Sequence record: SRR31156797_1849
Strand: one strand, 5' to 3'
Length of the DNA stretch: 50,622 nt
In this document: positions 1-9,521 of the stretch, piece after piece
Layout of the letters: every line of letters starts with the position of its first letter
How positions within the stretch are numbered: the first letter of the stretch is position 1
Program-made: the position numbers and the translations under genes
Notes under the pieces: generated by a model
Told to the model about the DNA's origin: nothing
The model's input: only the letters and a program-made list of their open reading frames with translations
Databases searched by the model: none

Positions 1-1261
1 AGAACCAGAACCGGAGCCAGAACCGGAACCGGAGCCAGAACCGGAACCGGAAGCTGAACCTGATTTCGATGATGACCTCTTTGACGAGGCTGTTGATGAG
101 TTAGGCGAGGAACTGGGCGAAGACCCGTTCGGCGATATTGCTGCTGATAAGCCGGGTGAAGCCCCCGCTGCTGATTCGGACGATCTTGAAGATGATCTTT
201 TCGGTTCTGATGATAATTCCGCTGATGCTGAAATCGGGGCCGATCTTTTTGATGATGACGACGATGATCCTTTTGCAGAGCCTGCCGCTGAGGAAGCCCC
301 TGCTGAAGACGATGATTTTGATATAGATGACGAGCTCTTCGGCGGAGATGACGATGAAGCCGAGGAAGCTGCTGTGCCGGCAGCCAGCGCAGAAGCCGAA
401 GAGGAAAGTGATGACCTTTTTGACGATGACGACCTGTTCGGTGATGACGATGACGGCGCTGATCTTTCCGAAGATAATCTTTTCGATGATGATGAAGAGA
501 TTGAGGAAGATGACGGCACCTTCGAAGAGGACGATTTCTCTGAAGAAGCTTTTGAGGAAGGTGAGGACTTCGAAGAAGAGGATTTTTCCGAAGATGAATT
601 GGATGACGATGACGGCCTCGCCCTTGATGATGGTGAGATAGCCGGATTTGATCTCGACGATGATCTCGATGCTCCTCCATCCAAGAAAAAAGAGAAAAAG
701 AAAGGTAAGAAAGGGTTGATCATTACCCTGATTATCCTGATTCTTTTTGCCGGTGGAGCCGGGGCCGCATGGTATCTCAAACTTTGGGAAAGCCTGCCTT
801 TCAGCATCCCCTTTGTCTCTTCCGAAGATGCCGGAACAACAGATTCCACCGAGCCGCCTTCCAAGCGTTTCAGCAAGTTCTCCTTCAAGGATCTGCGCCA
901 GTTCTATGTCAACAATGACAAGGCAGGACAGCTGTTCATCATTGAAGGTAAGGTGGTCAACAATTTCAGTAAGCCCAAAGAGTTGATTGAAGTTGAAGCG
1001 CAGCTTTTTGATGATAAGGGACAGGTGCTTGATTCCAAGCGTTTGCTTTGCGGAAACACCCTTTCCCTGTTCCAGCTGGAAGTGCAGTCCAAAGAAGAAA
1101 TCGAGGCCGGACTTGGCTCCAAGGTCGGCATACTCTCCAACAACACACTGCTCAAGCCGGGTATGGATACGCCGTTTATGGTCGTGTTCTTCAAGCCCTC
1201 GCCTGCAGTTAAAGAGTATGTCATCAACGTTGTAGATGCCAAGAATCCGCCTAAGAAATAG
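1..1261 (+). CDS. DUF3426-type membrane protein with long acidic linker (5'-truncated; probably zinc-ribbon/MJ0042 N-terminus outside window)
   Basis: Frame +2 is open from base 2 (EPEPEP...DFDDDLFDE) into ORF 374..1261. D/E-rich linker, KKKEKKKGKK, one TM helix (LIITLIILILFAGGAGAAWYL), then a periplasmic domain (LFIIEGKVVN...PFMVVF). Confidence 0.7.
   Translation, partial: EPEPEPEPEPEPEPEPEAEPDFDDDLFDEAVDELGEELGEDPFGDIAADKPGEAPAADSDDLEDDLFGSDDNSADAEIGADLFDDDDDDPFAEPAAEEAPAEDDDFDIDDELFGGDDDEAEEAAVPAASAEAEEESDDLFDDDDLFGDDDDGADLSEDNLFDDDEEIEEDDGTFEEDDFSEEAFEEGEDFEEEDFSEDELDDDDGLALDDGEIAGFDLDDDLDAPPSKKKEKKKGKKGLIITLIILILFAGGAGAAWYLKLWESLPFSIPFVSSEDAGTTDSTEPPSKRFSKFSFKDLRQFYVNNDKAGQLFIIEGKVVNNFSKPKELIEVEAQLFDDKGQVLDSKRLLCGNTLSLFQLEVQSKEEIEAGLGSKVGILSNNTLLKPGMDTPFMVVFFKPSPAVKEYVINVVDAKNPPKK
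2..52 (+). repeat. (Glu-Pro)n coding tandem repeat
   Basis: Degenerate 6-nt GARCCR units (gaaccagaaccggagcca...) encoding EPEPEP; continues off the window edge. Confidence 0.85.
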
Positions 1262-1286
1262 TTTTGCCTGTTAGGAATGAATTAAT

Positions 1287-1327
1287 GGCGGGAGATTTGC
1301 TTTTAAGGCTAAATCTCCCGCCTTTTT
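1287..1327 (+). terminator. Rho-independent terminator
   Basis: GGCGGGAGATTT (1287-1298) / AAATCTCCCGCC (1311-1322) inverted repeat followed by TTTTT. Confidence 0.8.
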
Positions 1328-1355
1328 ATATGTGAATTTAATTAAGGGCATCCCA

Positions 1356-2675
1356 GTGAAAACTAAAGACGTTTTTGTTTGTACAAATTGCGGTGCACAA
1401 GCCTTGAAATGGCAGGGCCAGTGTCCTCGTTGCGGCGAGTGGAATACTTTACAGGAGAAGGTGGTTGTTCGTCGTAAGGGCGGAGTAAGCCATGCTCCAG
1501 CTGACACGCTTGCTGTTGCGCTGGCGGATATTCCTGTTGAGCATACCGAGGCCCGATCTACTGGTTTCAAGCCTCTTGATACCGTGCTGGGCAAGGGCTT
1601 TGTGCCGGGAGGTGCTGTGCTTGTGGGTGGTGAGCCGGGGATCGGTAAGTCTACTCTGTTACTGCAGTTGGCGGCTGAGCAGTGCCGTATGGGCAATAAA
1701 GCGGTTTATTTTTCAGGTGAGGAATCATTGGCTCAGATTCGTGGCAGAGCTGATCGTTTGGGCGTGCTGCAATCAGGCTTGTTGGCGGTAGCATCTACTA
1801 ATGCTGAAGAGGCTCTTTCCATTCTGGAAGCTCCGGAAAAGCCGGATTTGATGATTGTGGACTCTGTGCAGACTTTGACTTCTCCCCGGGCGGACGGCAT
1901 CCCCGGTAGCGTCAGTCAGGTCCGTGCGGTTTCTTCCGAACTGGTGGAAGCGGCTAAAAAGACCAGCACCACGTTGGTTATCGTGGGCCATGTAACCAAG
2001 GACGGACAGATTGCCGGACCGAAATTACTGGAACATATGGTTGATACGGTGCTGTACCTTGAGGGTGACCGCAAGCATATGATGCGCATTATGCGGGTAC
2101 TCAAGAACAGATTCGGTCCCAGCGATGAACTCGTGGTTTTTTCCATGCGTGAAGCAGGTATGGAAATTGTGGAAGACCCTTCAACTCTTTTTCTGGGTGA
2201 CCGGGACGATTCCTGTTCCGGGGCCGCGGTAGTCATGGCCATGGACGGGCATAAGCCTTTTGCAGTGGAAGTTCAGGCGCTTGCAAGTCGTACTGTGCTG
2301 TCTATTCCGCGCCGGACAGCATTGGGCTTTGATACCAATAGGTTAAACCTTATTTTGGCTGTGTTGGAAAAACGACTAAATTTGAACTTGGGTCAGCTGG
2401 ATATTTATGCCAAGATCGGCGGCGGCCTAGCCATGCGCGATCCTGGACTCGATCTGGGGATGGTGGCAGCGGTGCTGTCCTCGTTTTATGACCGTCCCTT
2501 GCAGTCCGGAGCAGTGTTCTGGGGTGAGGTGGACTTGAACGGGCGCATCCGTCCCGCATCAGGCGGGGAAACAAGACTCAAGCAGGCTGAACGGCTGGGC
2601 TATGGACCTATTTTTCAGTCCGCAACTTGCCGCACTCTGGATGAATTGCAGGCGAAGTTATTTGGTCCTGAGTAA
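1356..2675 (+). CDS. radA: DNA repair protein RadA/Sms
   Basis: CTNC...CPRC zinc finger, Walker A GEPGIGKS, KNRFG motif, Lon-like C-terminal domain. GTG at 1356 is the likely start. Confidence 0.95.
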   Translation: MKTKDVFVCTNCGAQALKWQGQCPRCGEWNTLQEKVVVRRKGGVSHAPADTLAVALADIPVEHTEARSTGFKPLDTVLGKGFVPGGAVLVGGEPGIGKSTLLLQLAAEQCRMGNKAVYFSGEESLAQIRGRADRLGVLQSGLLAVASTNAEEALSILEAPEKPDLMIVDSVQTLTSPRADGIPGSVSQVRAVSSELVEAAKKTSTTLVIVGHVTKDGQIAGPKLLEHMVDTVLYLEGDRKHMMRIMRVLKNRFGPSDELVVFSMREAGMEIVEDPSTLFLGDRDDSCSGAAVVMAMDGHKPFAVEVQALASRTVLSIPRRTALGFDTNRLNLILAVLEKRLNLNLGQLDIYAKIGGGLAMRDPGLDLGMVAAVLSSFYDRPLQSGAVFWGEVDLNGRIRPASGGETRLKQAERLGYGPIFQSATCRTLDELQAKLFGPE

Positions 2676-2702
2676 TTTTGAACATGACATTCTTTGCTTA
2701 AC

Positions 2703-2790
2703 TGAGCGAAGCTTAATAAAAGTTTTTGAAGAGTTCAGAGAAACTTTTTCTAAAAAGTTTCTTTGGCCCTCGGAGAACCGCCGGAGGCTT
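2703..2790 (+). repeat. REP/MITE-like intergenic element
   Basis: Internal hairpin AGAAACTTTTT-CT-AAAAAGTTTCT (2739-2762). Terminal CCGCCGGAGGC (2778-2788) recurs inverted at 50596-50606. Confidence 0.55.
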
Positions 2791-2795
2791 CTTAT

Positions 2796-3893
2796 ATGAA
2801 AAAAGTTTTTTTGGTTGCTGGGGCTAGACCCAACCTGATGAAAGTTGCGCCTATTTTTCGGGCTGCGCGGAACATTGATTCTATTCAGTGCGAGATGGTT
2901 TACACCGGACAGCATTACGACCGTCAGATGTCGCAGGTTTTCTTTGAAGATTTGGACATCCCAAAGCCCAAGTTCAATATGGGTAAATCCACCGGGACAC
3001 ATGCCGAGCAGACCGGGGCGATCATGGTTGCTTTCGAGAAGATGTGCATGGAAGAAAAGCCGGACCTTGTGGTGGTTGTGGGCGATGTGAATTCCACGCT
3101 GGCTTGTTCAGTCACAGCACGTAAACTGCACATTCCGGTGGCTCATGTGGAGGCCGGACTGCGCAGCGGCGATATGGACATGCCCGAGGAAATCAATCGT
3201 ATGGTTACCGATTCCATCAGTAATTTATTTTTTACCACTGAGGATCATGGACGCGAAAACCTGCTTCGTGAAGGCAAGGATGCGGATAGGATTTTTCATG
3301 TGGGTAATGTGATGATCGACAACCTTTTCCACAATGTGGACCGTTTGGGACCTGAGATTGTTGCTGATTATCAGAGCCGTGAGTTGAAGGAGAAAATCGG
3401 GCGTTATGGATTCATGACCATGCACCGTCCTTCCAATGTGGATAAACGTGATGTTCTGGAAGGTATTGTTAAGGCGCTGAATAAGATTGCCGAAGACCTG
3501 CCTCTGCTTTTTCCCATCCATCCGCGTACCGAGAAAATGATGGCCCAGTTCGGGATTTCATTTTCCGAAAATGTGCATACTTTTCCGCCTCTTTCGTTTA
3601 GGGAATCGCTATATCTGTGGAAAGATGCGCAGGTGGTGATTACTGACAGTGGCGGCTTACAAGAAGAGACGACCGCGTTGGGTGTGCCTTGCGTGACTGT
3701 GCGTAAGAATACTGAACGTCCGGTCACCATTGAGAAAGGCACTAACGTGCTGGCGGGAATTTCCGGTGAAAATATTCTGCGCGAAGCGGAAGGAGCCTTG
3801 AAAAAGACCGGTAACCCGGCCCCGAAGATTGACGGTTGGGATGGTCATGCTTCTGAGCGTATCTGGAAAGTTCTGTTGGATTTTCTGGGCTAA
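2796..3893 (+). CDS. wecB: UDP-N-acetylglucosamine 2-epimerase (non-hydrolysing, WecB/WbpI-like)
   Basis: GARPNLMK, TGQHYD, VVVGDVNST, HVEAGLRS, MPEEINR, TDSGGLQEE, TERP motifs. ATG at 2796 with GGAGG upstream. Confidence 0.9.
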   Translation: MKKVFLVAGARPNLMKVAPIFRAARNIDSIQCEMVYTGQHYDRQMSQVFFEDLDIPKPKFNMGKSTGTHAEQTGAIMVAFEKMCMEEKPDLVVVVGDVNSTLACSVTARKLHIPVAHVEAGLRSGDMDMPEEINRMVTDSISNLFFTTEDHGRENLLREGKDADRIFHVGNVMIDNLFHNVDRLGPEIVADYQSRELKEKIGRYGFMTMHRPSNVDKRDVLEGIVKALNKIAEDLPLLFPIHPRTEKMMAQFGISFSENVHTFPPLSFRESLYLWKDAQVVITDSGGLQEETTALGVPCVTVRKNTERPVTIEKGTNVLAGISGENILREAEGALKKTGNPAPKIDGWDGHASERIWKVLLDFLG

Positions 3894-3920
3894 TCTGATT
3901 TGATTTAAATTTATTACGAC

Positions 3921-3954
3921 AACCCGTCTCTGATATTCAGGGGCGGGTTTTTTT
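3921..3954 (+). terminator. Rho-independent terminator
   Basis: AACCCGTCTCTGA-TAT-TCAGGGGCGGGTT stem (with G:U pairs) followed by a T run. Confidence 0.75.
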
Positions 3955-4026
3955 CGTTGTTTAAACAATGGAAAATTCAGGTGTGCTCATGTTAAGGTGT
4001 GGCATAAATTGAAAAAGGGGACATTT

Positions 4027-5673
4027 ATGAAATCCTGCCTGCGATATTTATTGCTAGCTTTGACTATTTCAATGCTGTTGGTCCAGCAGGGGCTGGCTTC
4101 CAATCTTTTTCCTTTGGAACCGCCGGATACCTCCAGCCCAAGGGCTACTCTTTCAAGCTTTATTCATTATACGGATAAGCTTTACGAAGCGGCGACTGCT
4201 GCTGAGGAAGATCTGTTTCTTGCAAGAGAATTTATGCAACGGGCTGAACGTTGTTTTGATTTCAGCAGGGTTCCCCCTAGTCTGGTTAGCGATGTGAGTA
4301 TTGAATCCGTGCTCCGGCTACGGGAGATTCTGGATCGCATTGAGTTGCCTGATCTCGTTGATGTGCCTGATAAGTCTGAAGTAAAGAAACACAATGTTTT
4401 GCTTTGGCGTATCCCACACACTGAAATTACCATCGGGCGCTGCCCGGATGGTCCGCGCATGGGGTCATATTTATTTACTCCTGAAACTGTGCGGAGGTTA
4501 GAAGAATATTACAATGAAGTGAATCATTTGCCGTACCGTAGTGACAAGGGTGATAATTATACCGGTTTTTATGAACAATATATTTATTCTTCCGGCTGGA
4601 TGATACCGAATGGATTCTTAAAAAAATTGCCTGAATGGATGAAGAAGGGCTATTTGGGGCAGGCTGTCTGGCAGTGGATTGCAATGATCGTCATATTGGT
4701 TCTGGGGGATGCGAGCATGTGGTTTTTCTGGCTCTGGCATAAAAGACAGAAAGATAGGACTCGCAAGTGGAACTGGAGGCTGGAAAGATTGCTTTTTCCG
4801 CTTTATGCCATGCTGGCCTGTTTTATCATTGAGTATATTATTGATGACCAGATCAACATTACTGGTGATGTGCTTTCATGGGTGTCCATGATGTTGGAAT
4901 TGTTTTTTGCCATATTCGGGGGTGTTGCTATAATTATAGGCGGCGATGTGGTTATGCGTGGTATTATTCATACTTCCAAGATTAAGGAAGAAGCTCTTGA
5001 TGCGGATGTTATCAGGCTTGGATGTCGACTGACTTCATTCGCTCTTGTGTTTGTGCTTTTCTACAATGCAGGCAGTTATTTTGGTGTTCCGGTGACTGCT
5101 ATTTTTGCGTCGGCCGGTATTGCCGGTGTTGCTGTTGCCCTTGCTGCACGGGAAACTCTGGCCAATTTCTTCGGCGGAGTCTCCATTTTCTTGGATCGTC
5201 CTTTCAGGGCAGGAGATTACATAGTGCTCGATAACGGGGATCGGGGTGAGGTCAAGGCTGTCGGCATGCGTAGTACTAGGATTCAGACCCGTGATGATAT
5301 TATGATTACCATACCCAACTCGGTTATCACCAATGGGAAGGTGGTCAACCAAAGCCGTCCTCATCCGCATTTTAGAGTACGTATTAAGCTTGGAGTGGCT
5401 TACGGTACAGATGTTGATAAGGTGGAAGATATCTTGATGGAATTGGCAGAGAGTAACAAATTGGCCATCGCTGAGCCTGCGCCTCGGGTAAGGTTCCGCA
5501 GGTTCGGAGATTTTGCCCTTGAGTTTGAGCTGCTTTGCTGGGCCGCTCGTCCCCATGATCGGGGCAGGCTGATCCATGAACTCAGTCGTGATATTTACAA
5601 GCGTTTCAATGTGGAAGGCATAGTTATTCCCTTTCCACAGCAGGATGTGTATCTTCATAGGACGGAGGATTAA
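4027..5673 (+). CDS. Mechanosensitive ion channel, MscS family, with N-terminal periplasmic domain
   Basis: Signal peptide, DTSSPRATL periplasmic motif, AGIAGVAVALAA..TLANFFGG, DRPFRAGD, GMRSTRI, IPNS, IPFPQQDV. Confidence 0.9.
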   Translation: MKSCLRYLLLALTISMLLVQQGLASNLFPLEPPDTSSPRATLSSFIHYTDKLYEAATAAEEDLFLAREFMQRAERCFDFSRVPPSLVSDVSIESVLRLREILDRIELPDLVDVPDKSEVKKHNVLLWRIPHTEITIGRCPDGPRMGSYLFTPETVRRLEEYYNEVNHLPYRSDKGDNYTGFYEQYIYSSGWMIPNGFLKKLPEWMKKGYLGQAVWQWIAMIVILVLGDASMWFFWLWHKRQKDRTRKWNWRLERLLFPLYAMLACFIIEYIIDDQINITGDVLSWVSMMLELFFAIFGGVAIIIGGDVVMRGIIHTSKIKEEALDADVIRLGCRLTSFALVFVLFYNAGSYFGVPVTAIFASAGIAGVAVALAARETLANFFGGVSIFLDRPFRAGDYIVLDNGDRGEVKAVGMRSTRIQTRDDIMITIPNSVITNGKVVNQSRPHPHFRVRIKLGVAYGTDVDKVEDILMELAESNKLAIAEPAPRVRFRRFGDFALEFELLCWAARPHDRGRLIHELSRDIYKRFNVEGIVIPFPQQDVYLHRTED

Positions 5674-5678
5674 GCTTT

Positions 5679-6278
5679 ATGGGTAGTGAAAAAAATATCC
5701 TGATGTTTCGGGGAGATGTTTTCAGGGAAGACAGGGAAAATCTTAATGAACACAAGGCCGCTGTATTTTGGTTTACGGGGCTTTCTGGAGCTGGAAAGTC
5801 AACCATTGCCCATAGGGTGGAGAAAGAGCTTTTTGACCGTTCCATGAGGGCTTATGTGTTTGACGGGGATAATGTCCGTCACGGTTTGTGTGGGGATTTA
5901 AGTTTTTCACCGGCTGCCAGGACTGAGAATATTAGGCGTATAGCCGAAGTTTCCAAGCTGTTTATTGAGAACGGGACAATTTGTATGTGTGCCTTTATTT
6001 CGCCTTTAAAGGAATATCGTCAGATGGCCCGGGGGATAATCGGTGATAGTGATTATTATGAAGTCCTTGTCACTTGTCCATTAGAAGTCTGTGAAGAACG
6101 GGATGTGAAGGGGTATTACAAAATGGCCCGCGAAGGTAAAATTAAGAATTATACTGGAATTTCAGCGCCATATGAAGCTCCTGAGTCTCCTGATTTGATT
6201 GTGGAAACAGATAAAGAGACTCTTGAAGAGTCGGTCGCAAAGGTGAAGGAATTTATTCTTGAAAAGGTAAGTTTTTAA
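5679..6278 (+). CDS. cysC: Adenylyl-sulfate (APS) kinase
   Basis: WFTGLSGAGKST P-loop, DGDNVRHGL, ENIRR, CEERDVKGYY, YTGISAPYEAP. Confidence 0.95.
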   Translation: MGSEKNILMFRGDVFREDRENLNEHKAAVFWFTGLSGAGKSTIAHRVEKELFDRSMRAYVFDGDNVRHGLCGDLSFSPAARTENIRRIAEVSKLFIENGTICMCAFISPLKEYRQMARGIIGDSDYYEVLVTCPLEVCEERDVKGYYKMAREGKIKNYTGISAPYEAPESPDLIVETDKETLEESVAKVKEFILEKVSF

Positions 6279-6293
6279 CAGGTACAGACGATG

Positions 6294-6332
6294 AAAAAAA
6301 CTCCCCGGAAATGGATTCCGGGGAGTTTTTTT
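6294..6332. terminator. Bidirectional terminator between convergent cysC and fabH-like genes
   Basis: A7-CTCCCCGGAA-atgga-TTCCGGGGAG-T7. Confidence 0.85.
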
Positions 6333-7305
6333 AGTATTTGAGTACAGCACCTGACCAACTTAGTCCGATTCCGAATCCGAAGAGCATGATCGTGTCTCCA
6401 CGCTTAAGTTTGCCGTTTGCTTCCGCCCGTTTTAAGGCGATGGGGATAGTGGAGGAGGTGGTGTTGCCTACTTCGTACAAATCCATAATCATTTTGTCTT
6501 CCGGGATATCAAGCTTGTCTGCGAGTGATTCCAGAACTTTATTGCTGGCCTGATGAAAGACGAAAAGGTCGATCCCATCCATGCCCGCTCCAGACTGCTC
6601 TGCAAGTTTCCTGATCTCGTTCGGTATGGTTTTCACTGTGAATTGGAAGACTTTGAATCCATCCATCTGCATGTCAGGTTTAGCGATAGGTGTGTTGGCA
6701 TCCTTTCCGGTTACAACGCTGATACCTGAATTGAGACAGCGTATTGATTCACTGCGGCTTCCGTCTGTGCCGAACAGAAAAGATGGGGCAGCTTCAGGCT
6801 TATCGAGAATTGTTGCTGCTGCGCCATCTGAAAATATTAAGAAAGATGTCTTGTTTTCCGGATCTATTGTTTTGGAGTAATTATCCACAGTAACGAAGAG
6901 TACCCTTTCAGATATTCCGGCTGCCATGTAGCCGAAGGCAATGGAAAGCCCGTAACAATAGCCGCTGCAACCAAGACTTACGTCAAAGCATTTGGTTGAT
7001 GCTGGAAGTCCGAGCTCGTGTTGCAGACAGGCGGAAACATGAGGCAGCAGCTGGTCCGGGGTTTGGGTACAGACGATCAGGGTGTCAGGGAGCTCATCTT
7101 CGGAGAGATCAGCAAGAATTTTTGACGCTGCTTTATGAGCCATTTGCAAGGTTGTTTCATCTTTTGCAGAGTGGTGCAGGTAACGCACGCCTGTTTTGGG
7201 GAGAGAATTGCGCACATGCCAGTGTGGTTTGGTTTTATCCAGCTCATGGCAGTCGATGATATGCTCAGGGAGATAGTATTCTATATTATTGATAAAGCTG
7301 TTCAT
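6331..7305 (-). CDS. 3-oxoacyl-ACP synthase III (FabH-like) family protein
   Basis: Cys-His-Asn triad motifs SLGCSG, FHQAS, GNTTS; FSDGAAA; GFGIGLSW. Confidence 0.85.
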   Translation of the reverse strand: MNSFINNIEYYLPEHIIDCHELDKTKPHWHVRNSLPKTGVRYLHHSAKDETTLQMAHKAASKILADLSEDELPDTLIVCTQTPDQLLPHVSACLQHELGLPASTKCFDVSLGCSGYCYGLSIAFGYMAAGISERVLFVTVDNYSKTIDPENKTSFLIFSDGAAATILDKPEAAPSFLFGTDGSRSESIRCLNSGISVVTGKDANTPIAKPDMQMDGFKVFQFTVKTIPNEIRKLAEQSGAGMDGIDLFVFHQASNKVLESLADKLDIPEDKMIMDLYEVGNTTSSTIPIALKRAEANGKLKRGDTIMLFGFGIGLSWSGAVLKY

Positions 7306-7525
7306 TGCTCTTGCAACTGTATTGCGCTTGTTGTCTTCAAAAGAAGGTAGTTAATGGTAAAGTAGTATCGGGTAAGAGATAGACCGGGGATGGTTCTAAT
7401 AGCGAGATTTTATGCGCTAGGCAAGCTTGCAGGGCAAAATAATATACCTTCTCTGGTGTATATAAAATGTCCGGCGTATTAAAGACACACCGGACAGATA
7501 TACTAGATGCTTGTTTTGCAGGTAA

Positions 7526-8110
7526 TTATTGACTTTCGTTGATCGTATTAATTGCTTTGGGAAGGAACAGAGTGAAAATATCATGAAGTCCGGCCATGAG
7601 CTTGCCGGCATTGTCGCCGGTGTTGGACATGTCCTTTTTCTGTTTGGATGTATAGTTCTTGGCGAAAAGCAATTTATTGCTCTTGGTGACCATGCCGTCC
7701 AGACGGACCTTGTAATTCATTTCAAGCTGACCGGGACGGTTGAGGTATACCTTGTTGGCTATTCCGGTGATGATGAAGCGCTCACCTGCTTCGTCCATGG
7801 TTTCGAAGTATTCGACATCCAGCCCTTCGGCCTTGAGTTGTTTATATACAGCCTTTCCCATCCATGAACCAATATCAACTGAAGGGTAATAGTTGAAAAG
7901 TTTGCTCTGCCCTATTTTCTTGATGGGCTTGCTTTCTGTGAATTTAACAACCGCAATCTTGATAGGGCACGGAGGAATATCAATATCGATAGGAGTGTAG
8001 CTCAGTTGTAGAGTGGTATCTTTCATTTTTGTGTCGGAGGAAATACCTGTATTGGGAAAAGCTAAAATTATTAAGAGCAGGGTAGCGAAATACAAAGTCC
8101 GTTTTTTCAT
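7526..8110 (-). CDS. Exported hypothetical protein
   Basis: MKKR plus hydrophobic signal peptide, GGAG RBS; no recognisable catalytic motif. Confidence 0.65.
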   Translation of the reverse strand: MKKRTLYFATLLLIILAFPNTGISSDTKMKDTTLQLSYTPIDIDIPPCPIKIAVVKFTESKPIKKIGQSKLFNYYPSVDIGSWMGKAVYKQLKAEGLDVEYFETMDEAGERFIITGIANKVYLNRPGQLEMNYKVRLDGMVTKSNKLLFAKNYTSKQKKDMSNTGDNAGKLMAGLHDIFTLFLPKAINTINESQ

Positions 8111-8161
8111 GATTTCTCCCGTGTTATTTAGTGTCGTGGTTATGAAAATGTACTTAGTATC

Positions 8162-8191
8162 AATTTAGTTGATCTATGCTGTTTTTGTCAA
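8162..8191 (-). promoter_or_regulatory. Putative sigma70 promoter for the 7526..8110 gene
   Basis: TTGACA (8191-8186), 18 nt, TAAATT on the - strand. Confidence 0.35.
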
Positions 8192-8396
8192 AGTTGTTTT
8201 TATCAGACTGTCCTAGTCGGAGGTGTGAACTTGACCGGGGTTACGTGCTGGTTTAATTGCAGACTGGCCGTGAGTGTTTTTGTGATGGTCGTTATTTTCT
8301 GTTTACTTGGTCTGGACTTTATAGGTTGGGTATGCTTTATTTCCATGCCTTTCGGCAGTCATGATCGTTTGAAACAAGATTTGTGAGCTTTTTAAA

Positions 8397-9428
8397 GTGA
8401 AAGATATATCAGCAATTAATCCTAAGAAAATACTAGTTTGCCAGTTGCGCCAGATTGGCGATGTTGTGCTGGCCACTCCTTCTGTTTCCCTTCTCCACAA
8501 AAAATATCCTGATGCTGAAATCCATGTTTTGACCGAGGGAAAATGCACACAGGTATTTGATAACAATCCGGCTGTCAGCCATATATGGGCTATTGATAAA
8601 GAGAAGTTACGTAATCCTCTTAAGGCCTTATCTTTTTATTGGAAGGTTGGTCGTGCTGGATATGATCTGATTGTTGATTTTCAGCAGCTTCCCCGCTGTC
8701 GATGGGTAGTGCTTTTCAGTAATGCCCCGGTCAAGCTGGCTGAAATGCCGCCGTGGTATAACCGCTGGCTGTATACTAACTGGCCGGAATCTATCCCGGA
8801 TGGTTACGCAGCCATGTATAAAGCCGGGGTGTTGAAGCCACTTGGCATTGACTGGAATTCAGAGTGTCCAAAGATTTTTGTTTCAGATGAAGAACGGGCT
8901 GAGGCAAAGTCCTGCTTGGAGTCCTTGGGTGTGGCTGAAGATGAACCGTTGATCACAATTGATGCATCGCACAGAAGGCATACCCGCAAGTGGCCGGAAG
9001 AGTATTACGGAAAATTAATTCGTCTGATTTCTGATAAGCGTCCTGAATTCAAGTTTTTTCTGCTCTATGGTCCCGGCGAAAAAGATGTTGCGCTTAAGGT
9101 AAGGGAAGAGTCCGGAGTTGCCGACAAATGTGTAATGGTTGAAAAGCCTGGTTCTCTGAGAATAATGGCGGCCTTAATTGAGCGGGCTGTGCTGCATATC
9201 GGTAACTGTTCCGCCCCGAGGCATTTTGCCGTGGCCGTAGGCACGCAAAGTATTGTTATGCCCGGTTCGTCTGGAAGCTGGGTTTTTCCTTCTCCTAAAC
9301 ACGAGGAAGTGGTTGCTGGTATTGAGTGCGAGCCTTGCGGAAGGGAGAAATGTGATCGTGGGGATCTTGCCTGTCTGACGAAGGTTATGCCGGAAGATGT
9401 TCTTTTAAGGGTTTTAGATAGAGTGTAA
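8397..9428 (+). CDS. Glycosyltransferase family 9 (LPS heptosyltransferase-like)
   Basis: QLRQIGDVVLATP, RKWPEEYY, YGPGE, IGNCSAPRHFAVAVG, C-terminal CEPC...C...C. Confidence 0.9.
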   Translation: MKDISAINPKKILVCQLRQIGDVVLATPSVSLLHKKYPDAEIHVLTEGKCTQVFDNNPAVSHIWAIDKEKLRNPLKALSFYWKVGRAGYDLIVDFQQLPRCRWVVLFSNAPVKLAEMPPWYNRWLYTNWPESIPDGYAAMYKAGVLKPLGIDWNSECPKIFVSDEERAEAKSCLESLGVAEDEPLITIDASHRRHTRKWPEEYYGKLIRLISDKRPEFKFFLLYGPGEKDVALKVREESGVADKCVMVEKPGSLRIMAALIERAVLHIGNCSAPRHFAVAVGTQSIVMPGSSGSWVFPSPKHEEVVAGIECEPCGREKCDRGDLACLTKVMPEDVLLRVLDRV

Positions 9429-9521
9429 ACCTGTTACAAGGGGATTCTCTTGAGCGGGATGTTCGGTTTTATCCTTTTCAGGTGCTTGAATAATAGAACA
9501 AATGGATAGATAACAAAGCGT

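Noticed and set aside
2-52. Tandem repeat as a CRISPR array or non-coding VNTR
   Set aside because: 6-nt coding periodicity (EP)n with no spacers; no cas genes in the window.
138-1242. Alternative-frame ORFs (138..326, 327..641, 747..986, 904..1242)
   Set aside because: Shadows of the low-complexity acidic CDS in frame +2.
5035-5658. 207-aa minus-strand ORF
   Set aside because: Antisense to the conserved MscS core.
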